Below, one piece after another: positions 58,043 through 64,000 of a DNA stretch of 64,000 nt. The stretch comes from an uncultured virus (IMG/VR IMGVR_UViG_3300002220_000771) (lineage: Duplodnaviria > Heunggongvirae > Uroviricota > Caudoviricetes), in IMG/VR virus record IMGVR_UViG_3300002220_000771, one strand, 5' to 3'. Each line of letters starts with the position of its first letter. The stretch's first letter is position 1. Made by a program: the position numbers and the translations under genes. A model generated the notes under the pieces. It saw only the letters and a program-made list of their open reading frames with translations, had not been told where the DNA came from and ran no database searches.

Positions 58043-59326
58043 ATGAATGGGATGAAAAGTCATATAGTTAATAAAAATAGTCATCAGTTGCAAGATAAAC
58101 AAAAATTAATGAAAAAGTTGTTACGAAGTAAGGATTGGCGGGAGTTGTACACTAAAAATGAATTATCAGTAGATAAAGAAAATGTAATAAAGAAAATGTT
58201 AAATACATTGACTCAATTAACAATTCCAAACATTAGACAAATAGCATCATTATGTAATAATATTGATGATATACAACAAATATTTAATTATTTTTTACAA
58301 TATAATAAATTAACCCCAAATGAAAAACGAGCACGAACAGAACACAATTTTATATTATTTTATGGAGATGTTGTTGGTAAAGAATTGTGGAAGCAATATA
58401 ATAATAAATTATCAAAAATGACATCAGAAAGTGGATATATAGAAAGATTTGGTGAAAATGATGGTAAACATAGATGGATAGAGTATAAGAAGAGGTTATC
58501 TGAATCTGGTATAAAACGTGTTGCACGTGAGGGAAAGATACTACAAAGGGAAAGAAGTCAATTTTGTATTGAATATTGGTTAAAGAAGGGGGTTTCCTAC
58601 GATGATGCAAAGGAAAAAATACATGAGATTCAAAAGGCAAATAATGTAAGAGCAGTAAAAACAAAAAAGTTAAATCCTATTAAAATTAATCCTTATGACG
58701 TTGGTCATTGGGTTAGTAAGGGTTATTGTGATGAAGATGCGAAAATAAAAGTCGAACAATTATTATTTAAGACAAATGTTTCATTACCATCAATGATAGC
58801 ACGGCATGGAGAAGAAATCGGAACAAAAATATATAATGAATCAAAAATAAAAAGACAAGAAACATATATTAAGAAACTTAAAAACGGTGACTATGATGGG
58901 TTGTATAAGAACGCTTCAAAAGAGTCATTGAAATATTTTATACCTCTTTATAAACTACTTAGAACACAACACGGTATTGAGCGAGATGATATTTATTTTG
59001 GTATATCAGGATCAAAGGAATTTTATTTAGCATCAGGAACAAAATACTATTTTTTATATGATTTTACAATTAGGTCAAAGAAGATTATAATAGAATATAA
59101 TAATGTTAGATGGCATCCACACCCAGATATGTTTTCAGAAGATGAATGGCGAGATTGGAGATTATTTAATCTAACAGCTCAAGAAAAATATGATAATGAT
59201 TCATTTAAGATAGATATAGCAAAGAAATTAGGGTATAAATGTTTAATTATATGGAATCTTGATTCATATGATGATAATATGAAAAAAATATTGGAGTTTA
59301 TAGGGGAGAACATAGATGGACATTGA
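58043..59326 (+). CDS. Free-standing endonuclease (Vsr/PD-(D/E)xK-like C-terminus) between the split intein halves
   Basis: Repeated (Y/F/H)G...G...(W/Y) units; YDF...KIIIEYN..WH..D..K..A...GY....IW. Confidence 0.8.
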   Translation: MNGMKSHIVNKNSHQLQDKQKLMKKLLRSKDWRELYTKNELSVDKENVIKKMLNTLTQLTIPNIRQIASLCNNIDDIQQIFNYFLQYNKLTPNEKRARTEHNFILFYGDVVGKELWKQYNNKLSKMTSESGYIERFGENDGKHRWIEYKKRLSESGIKRVAREGKILQRERSQFCIEYWLKKGVSYDDAKEKIHEIQKANNVRAVKTKKLNPIKINPYDVGHWVSKGYCDEDAKIKVEQLLFKTNVSLPSMIARHGEEIGTKIYNESKIKRQETYIKKLKNGDYDGLYKNASKESLKYFIPLYKLLRTQHGIERDDIYFGISGSKEFYLASGTKYYFLYDFTIRSKKIIIEYNNVRWHPHPDMFSEDEWRDWRLFNLTAQEKYDNDSFKIDIAKKLGYKCLIIWNLDSYDDNMKKILEFIGENIDGH

Positions 59327-59732
59327 GTTTAATGATGAAATTATTGAAATTATAGATTTGGGTGAAGAAGGTGAAATGATTGATATAGAAGTATCTGGTG
59401 ATCATTTATTTTTTGCAAATGATATATTAACAAAAAATTCAATGGGTGTTCCTGCAACAGCAGATTTTCAGATGATTTTTGGAAAAGATGTAGAAAAGGC
59501 AGTATATGAAAGTGAAATACAATATAAAATTGTAAAGAATAGATTGGGTGGTAGAGTAGGTGAAACGAGTAAATTTTATTTTGATGCAAGAACATTAAAA
59601 ATGTATGATAGTCTTGAACTTGAAATGTGGTTAGATGATGCACAAATTACAGGAGATGAAAGAGTAACTGCACCAGTTTCAGATAATATTCAACAAATAA
59701 GAGGAAGTAAAAGTAAAAGGAGGGAAAGATGA
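59316..59732 (+). CDS. dnaB: Split intein C-half (41 aa) plus helicase C-fragment
   Basis: MIDIEVSGDHLFFANDILTKN|SMGVPATADF..KNRLGG. Confidence 0.93.
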   Translation: MDIEFNDEIIEIIDLGEEGEMIDIEVSGDHLFFANDILTKNSMGVPATADFQMIFGKDVEKAVYESEIQYKIVKNRLGGRVGETSKFYFDARTLKMYDSLELEMWLDDAQITGDERVTAPVSDNIQQIRGSKSKRRER

Positions 59733-60178
59733 ATGAAGATGTAGTAGAAAGTAAAATATTAACTTTTGCAAGAATTGAATTTGAAGCATTAGGTTATGAT
59801 CTTAATCAAATGGAGGAAGATCCAAATAAATGGATATGTGAAAATGTTTTAGAATTGTTAGATGTTTTTGCCAAACAAGGGCATTCTGGTTCATCAGCAC
59901 CATATTGTGTTAATTATTTTTCAAACTTAGCATTATTTAAACCATTATCACCATTAAATGGAAATGATAATGAATGGGGTGAAGTATCTGATGGTTTATG
60001 GCAGAATAAAAGAGCATTTAGTGTTTTTAAAGGAAGGGATAATAAAGCATATGATATTAATGGTAAAGTATTTGTAGAACCTAATGGTTGTGCATATATA
60101 AATGAGAATAGTAAGGTGTATATTGAATTTCCATATATACCAAAAACAGAATATGTTCATGTTGAAGGAGACGAATAA
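59729..60178 (+). CDS. Conserved hypothetical phage protein
   Basis: F..QGHSG.SA..PLSPL.G...EW..QNKR. Confidence 0.8.
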   Translation: MNEDVVESKILTFARIEFEALGYDLNQMEEDPNKWICENVLELLDVFAKQGHSGSSAPYCVNYFSNLALFKPLSPLNGNDNEWGEVSDGLWQNKRAFSVFKGRDNKAYDINGKVFVEPNGCAYINENSKVYIEFPYIPKTEYVHVEGDE

Positions 60179-60615
60179 TGGAAGAATTCGTTATTGAAAG
60201 AATGAATGATGATGCAATAATACCGACAAAGGCATATGAAACAGATGCTGGATTTGATTTATATTTATCAGAAGATCTTGTTATATGGCCATTAGAAGGT
60301 GAATTAGGAAAAACTGGAATAAAAATTTCTTTAAAATCTGGATATGAGGCTCAGATAAGACCAAGAAGCGGATTTTCAATAAAAAATAAAATACTAATTA
60401 TTAATTCACCCGGTACAATAGATCCTGAATATAGAGGAGAAATAATGATAGCTTTATATAATCTTAGTAATGTAAGAAGGATATTTAAAAAAGGAACAAA
60501 GATTGCACAAATGATAATAAATAAAATACCCAATGTGAAGTTAATAGAAGGTAAAGTAGATAGTAATACTGATAGAGGATTGAAGGGTTTTGGATCGACA
60601 GGAGATAATATATGA
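60178..60615 (+). CDS. dut: Trimeric dUTPase
   Basis: AGFDL, RPRSG, GTID..YRGE, IAQ, RG..GFGST. Confidence 0.97.
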   Translation: MEEFVIERMNDDAIIPTKAYETDAGFDLYLSEDLVIWPLEGELGKTGIKISLKSGYEAQIRPRSGFSIKNKILIINSPGTIDPEYRGEIMIALYNLSNVRRIFKKGTKIAQMIINKIPNVKLIEGKVDSNTDRGLKGFGSTGDNI

Positions 60616-60914
60616 ATATTGTGACACCAGAAGAAGTTCATAGATATGCTGTAGATAAAGGTTGGTGGGAAAATGAAAGACCGGTTCCAGAATTGTTATG
60701 TTTATTACATTCAGAGGTATCTGAGGCATTAGAAGCGTATAGAAATAATATAATGTCAGGAGAGCCGGGATGTCTTGAAGAAGAATTGGCCGATCTTGTA
60801 ATTAGAATATGGGATATGTGTGGTGCATTTCATATTGATATTGCTGAGGAAGTAAATAAGAAACATCAAATTAATTTACAAAGACCCTATAGACATGGTA
60901 ATAAAAAGTGTTAA
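60612..60914 (+). CDS. MazG-like nucleotide pyrophosphohydrolase
   Basis: LHSEVSEALE..EEELAD..IR..D..K...N..R. Confidence 0.9.
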   Translation: MNIVTPEEVHRYAVDKGWWENERPVPELLCLLHSEVSEALEAYRNNIMSGEPGCLEEELADLVIRIWDMCGAFHIDIAEEVNKKHQINLQRPYRHGNKKC

Positions 60915-60917
60915 TAT

Positions 60918-61484
60918 ATGAGTATACTTAGTGATAAGCAAATGAAATTATTGTGTTTGTTAGATACACAAATTTCATCATGTAGAGAATGTAATTTATA
61001 TGAAAATGGGAGAGCACATCCTTATTGGACACCTAATTCAGAATATGTGATTATAGGAGAAGCACCCGGTTTAGATGAAGTAGAACAACAAACACCCTTT
61101 ATTGGTAGAGCCGGAAGGATATTGTGGGAGATGATGAAAAAATTTGAACTATATAGGGAACAGTTTTTAATAATTAATTCTGTAAACTGTAGACCAGTAG
61201 ATGGAAAAAAGAATGGTAAACCAAAAGATGAAGAAATGCAATTATGTAAAAAATGGATACGAAAATATGTCAAAGTTATAAATCCGGAAAAAATATTACT
61301 TTTAGGTTCTTATGCTATACGAACAACTACTGGATTAGATGAAAGTGTAATAAAAAATAATTCACAGCTTACAATATATGAAAATTTTAAAGCAGTAAAG
61401 TCTGTACATCCTGCGTTTACGATTTACAGTAAAGGTGGTATAGTGTTATTAGAAGAGAGTATAAAACAATTCAAATTATTATAA
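60918..61484 (+). CDS. Uracil-DNA glycosylase family 4
   Basis: C..C.L, GEAPG..E, PF.G.AG, N...CRP, HPA. Confidence 0.93.
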   Translation: MSILSDKQMKLLCLLDTQISSCRECNLYENGRAHPYWTPNSEYVIIGEAPGLDEVEQQTPFIGRAGRILWEMMKKFELYREQFLIINSVNCRPVDGKKNGKPKDEEMQLCKKWIRKYVKVINPEKILLLGSYAIRTTTGLDESVIKNNSQLTIYENFKAVKSVHPAFTIYSKGGIVLLEESIKQFKLL

Positions 61485-61722
61485 GAGGTATCATTATGTT
61501 ATCGGAACATGAGTTTGTAGTCGCAATAAGGGACAGAATTTATCCAAAAATAGTAGAGATTGAAAGAGAATGTATTCAATTATATAATAAAAAATATTAT
61601 CCGGGTATTGGACCTACTGGGTTTTCCTGTTCATGTATAAATGAATACGATTATAGTATTCAACTTTTAGAATCAATAATGAGTTTATTACAGAAATTAG
61701 ATTATAAGAAAGGAATAATGTA

Positions 61723-62073
61723 ATGGCAACAAGAGATTTGGTTGATGTTTATATAGGGAGTAAAAAATGTGAAAGTGTGGAAAGAAAAGAATTATTTGGA
61801 TATATTGTTGGTTTATGTATGCCTCATATACAGTTTATGTCAAAAGATGCCATAATAGAATGGATAGAAGAATCGTGTTTTTTACTTGAAGAAACATTGG
61901 AATGGGCTAAAAATCCTTCTCTTAAAAGGAAAATAACATATGTAAGAGATTATATATTTAGAAAAAGAGATATATTGTCAAGAGAAAGAACTATAATGTT
62001 TTTAACGAATATTGTATTATCTAGTCAAGGTTTAGGAACTATTCCTGGTCTAACAATTAAAAAGAGAAATTAA
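61723..62073 (+). CDS. Hypothetical protein
   Basis: ORF within the operon. Confidence 0.7.
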   Translation: MATRDLVDVYIGSKKCESVERKELFGYIVGLCMPHIQFMSKDAIIEWIEESCFLLEETLEWAKNPSLKRKITYVRDYIFRKRDILSRERTIMFLTNIVLSSQGLGTIPGLTIKKRN

Positions 62074-63198
62074 ATGAAAGAAATAACTAAATTATTAAAA
62101 GAAGATCTTGATAAAATGAGTAAGATGGGTGTAGAAGAATATACACTTTATCGTAAATGGGAAGAACTTAATGAAAAAGAATGGTCTAAAAAAGAACTTA
62201 ATGAAATTTATTTTATTAAAAAATCTATTTGGATACCTAAAAATCCTGAAGATTATTTGAAATTGAAGCCAGTTATTGTGCTTGCAGATGATGTAAGAAA
62301 AAGCTTTATCTGGACAGTTCTTAGAATGTTTACATCAACAATGCATTGGAATGCTAGTCCTGGACGGCTTCTTCGGTTTTATGTTATGGATAGTATAACT
62401 AATACCTATCTTGGTGTAATATCATTAGCATCGGATTTCTTAGCATTAGGTGGAAGAGATAGTTATATAGGATGGACAAGAGATCAGAGAATAACGGGGC
62501 ATATGATAAATCACACTGGAATGGGATCATCAATAGTTCCTACACAACCATTAGGTTATAATTATACCGGTGGTAAATTAATGTCATTACTTATATTATC
62601 AGATGTTGTAGAAAAAACTTGGAATGATAAATATGGTGATGTATTAGCTGGAATAACAACCACAAGTCTTTATGGTGGTTTATCTCAATATAATAGATTA
62701 AAATATTGGCATAAATGTAGTAGTACAGAGGGTAAAATACCAATAGAACCATCTAATGAAGTATATTTAAAAGTCCGAGATTGGGTAAAAGAAAATTGTA
62801 AAGAAGAATTTGATATATTACAAGAGAAGAAAATATCATCAAAAACAGGCAAGTCACAACCTAAATCACATCCTAAATCAAGAATATTATTTCTGGCTAA
62901 TAATAAATTAAAAGTAAAAGTGATTGAAAATGAATTTTCACGTGGAGTATATTTTGCTAACTTATATGATAATACCAGAGAATTTTTAAGTAAAAAAAGT
63001 GATAAATTAGGAAATAAATTATTTGATAATTCAGTAGAAGCATTAACAGAGTTATGGAAAGAAAGATATGCTAATAATAGATTGAAAAATATAAAAGAAA
63101 AAGGAACTTATAATACTAATATTTTATTTTATGATGATATGATAAAAATGAGTTGGGATGATGCTAAAAAACAATATTTAAGTGAGGTGGGTAGATAA
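62074..63198 (+). CDS. DruA/DUF4338-like protein
   Basis: PGR.LRF.V.D..LG.I.L.S..RD.YIGW; VPTQPLGYNY.GGKL; TTSLYG..SQY. Confidence 0.75.
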   Translation: MKEITKLLKEDLDKMSKMGVEEYTLYRKWEELNEKEWSKKELNEIYFIKKSIWIPKNPEDYLKLKPVIVLADDVRKSFIWTVLRMFTSTMHWNASPGRLLRFYVMDSITNTYLGVISLASDFLALGGRDSYIGWTRDQRITGHMINHTGMGSSIVPTQPLGYNYTGGKLMSLLILSDVVEKTWNDKYGDVLAGITTTSLYGGLSQYNRLKYWHKCSSTEGKIPIEPSNEVYLKVRDWVKENCKEEFDILQEKKISSKTGKSQPKSHPKSRILFLANNKLKVKVIENEFSRGVYFANLYDNTREFLSKKSDKLGNKLFDNSVEALTELWKERYANNRLKNIKEKGTYNTNILFYDDMIKMSWDDAKKQYLSEVGR

Positions 63199-63371
63199 TG
63201 ATATGCTATAGTTGTAAATATTATGAAATGTCTGATCATATGAGAGGGTTTTGTCATAGATATCCTCCAGATAATGGAATTACAAAAGTAAGGGGTGATT
63301 GGTGGTGTGGTGAATATGAAAGATATTTAGAAAGAATTACAATAGAAGGAGAAGGTGAAAATTTAAGCTAA
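63198..63371 (+). CDS. 57-aa Cys-rich protein (not in the ORF track)
   Basis: CxxC..G.C.RYPP..WCGE; GAGG RBS. Confidence 0.75.
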   Translation: MICYSCKYYEMSDHMRGFCHRYPPDNGITKVRGDWWCGEYERYLERITIEGEGENLS

Positions 63372-63434
63372 TTAGTAGATAATATAAAAATTATTAGATT
63401 TATATAAATACTATAAAGAAGATTGAGGTGATTT

Positions 63435-64000
63435 ATGGGAATTGTATATAAAGCTAAATGTTTGATAAATGGTAAATCATATGTTGGTAAAACGATATTA
63501 TCATTGAATGAAAGAATAAGAGGTCATATAAAACATTCTAAAAAAACAACATCAAGAGGTTTATTTCCTCGTTCTCTTATAAAGTATGGTTTTGATAATT
63601 TTGAATGGACCATTCTTTGTGAGTGTGATACTCCTGAAATTTTAAATATAATGGAAACATTTTATATTATAGTTTATAAAACCCATATAAATGAAGGAGG
63701 ATATAATATTACATGGGGTGGTGATGGTGGTGATACATTTACTAATAGTAAGAAAAAAGAAGAAACAAGAGAAAAAAATCGTATAAGAAATATTGGTAGA
63801 CGTTTTAGTTGGGGTGATGATACACAGGCTGGTCGTGATAGATTACGAGAATGTAGAATGGGTAAAAAACAATCAAAAGAAACTATTGAAAAACGATCAC
63901 AATCAATGAAAGGAAAAAATACAAAACCAAAAACATCTGAGCATAGGAAACATATTAGTAGTTCACTTATTGGTAGAAAGTTGTCAAATGAACACATAGA
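63435..64000 (+). CDS. GIY-YIG homing endonuclease (runs off the window)
   Basis: MGIVYKAKCLINGKSYVGKT..R...H..KYG..NF..E..GYN.T.GG; NUMOD3-like repeats. Confidence 0.9.
   Translation, partial: MGIVYKAKCLINGKSYVGKTILSLNERIRGHIKHSKKTTSRGLFPRSLIKYGFDNFEWTILCECDTPEILNIMETFYIIVYKTHINEGGYNITWGGDGGDTFTNSKKKEETREKNRIRNIGRRFSWGDDTQAGRDRLRECRMGKKQSKETIEKRSQSMKGKNTKPKTSEHRKHISSSLIGRKLSNEHI

Noticed and set aside
62074..63198. Complete Druantia defence system
   Set aside because: Only a stand-alone DruA-like gene; no DruE helicase or other partners in the window.
63674..63997. Minus-strand 107-aa ORF
   Set aside because: Antisense to the GIY-YIG gene starting at 63435.
1..64000. CRISPR array or cas genes
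   Set aside because: No regularly spaced repeats with unique spacers; the repeats seen are tandem or promoter-associated.
1..64000. Alternative genetic code
   Set aside because: Genes are intact and densely packed in code 11; no suppressor anticodon found.

Overview
AT-rich segment of a large T4-related dsDNA phage genome. Genes run mostly on the minus strand up to about 40.1 kb and mostly on the plus strand after it. The 1-18 kb region holds small early/accessory genes with individual sigma70-type promoters, a repeated operator-like motif and several candidate structured RNAs. The 19.6-24.8 kb and 40.4-44.1 kb regions hold 29 tRNA genes covering all 20 amino acids, interleaved with HNH endonucleases, tRNA remnants, an RNase P RNA-like gene and other ncRNA candidates. 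Replication and nucleotide genes include NAD-dependent ligase, HU, clamp loader and clamp, UvsW, UvsY, a split-intein gp41 helicase, dUTPase, MazG, UDG and a PurA-like gene. Main discoveries: (1) two leader-peptide/terminator/antiterminator attenuators whose codons match the tRNAs of the arrays they precede; (2) a phage-encoded Ubl-E2-E1-JAB ubiquitin-like cassette next to the sliding clamp; (3) HNH genes paired with a complete replacement tRNA and a broken remnant; (4) two topologically rewired tRNA-Arg genes; (5) a roughly 640-nt ornate RNA; (6) an RNA ligase fractured by a LAGLIDADG gene. Host-like genes hint at a Desulfobacterota-type host. All calls come from reading motifs by eye; no searches or folding programs were run.
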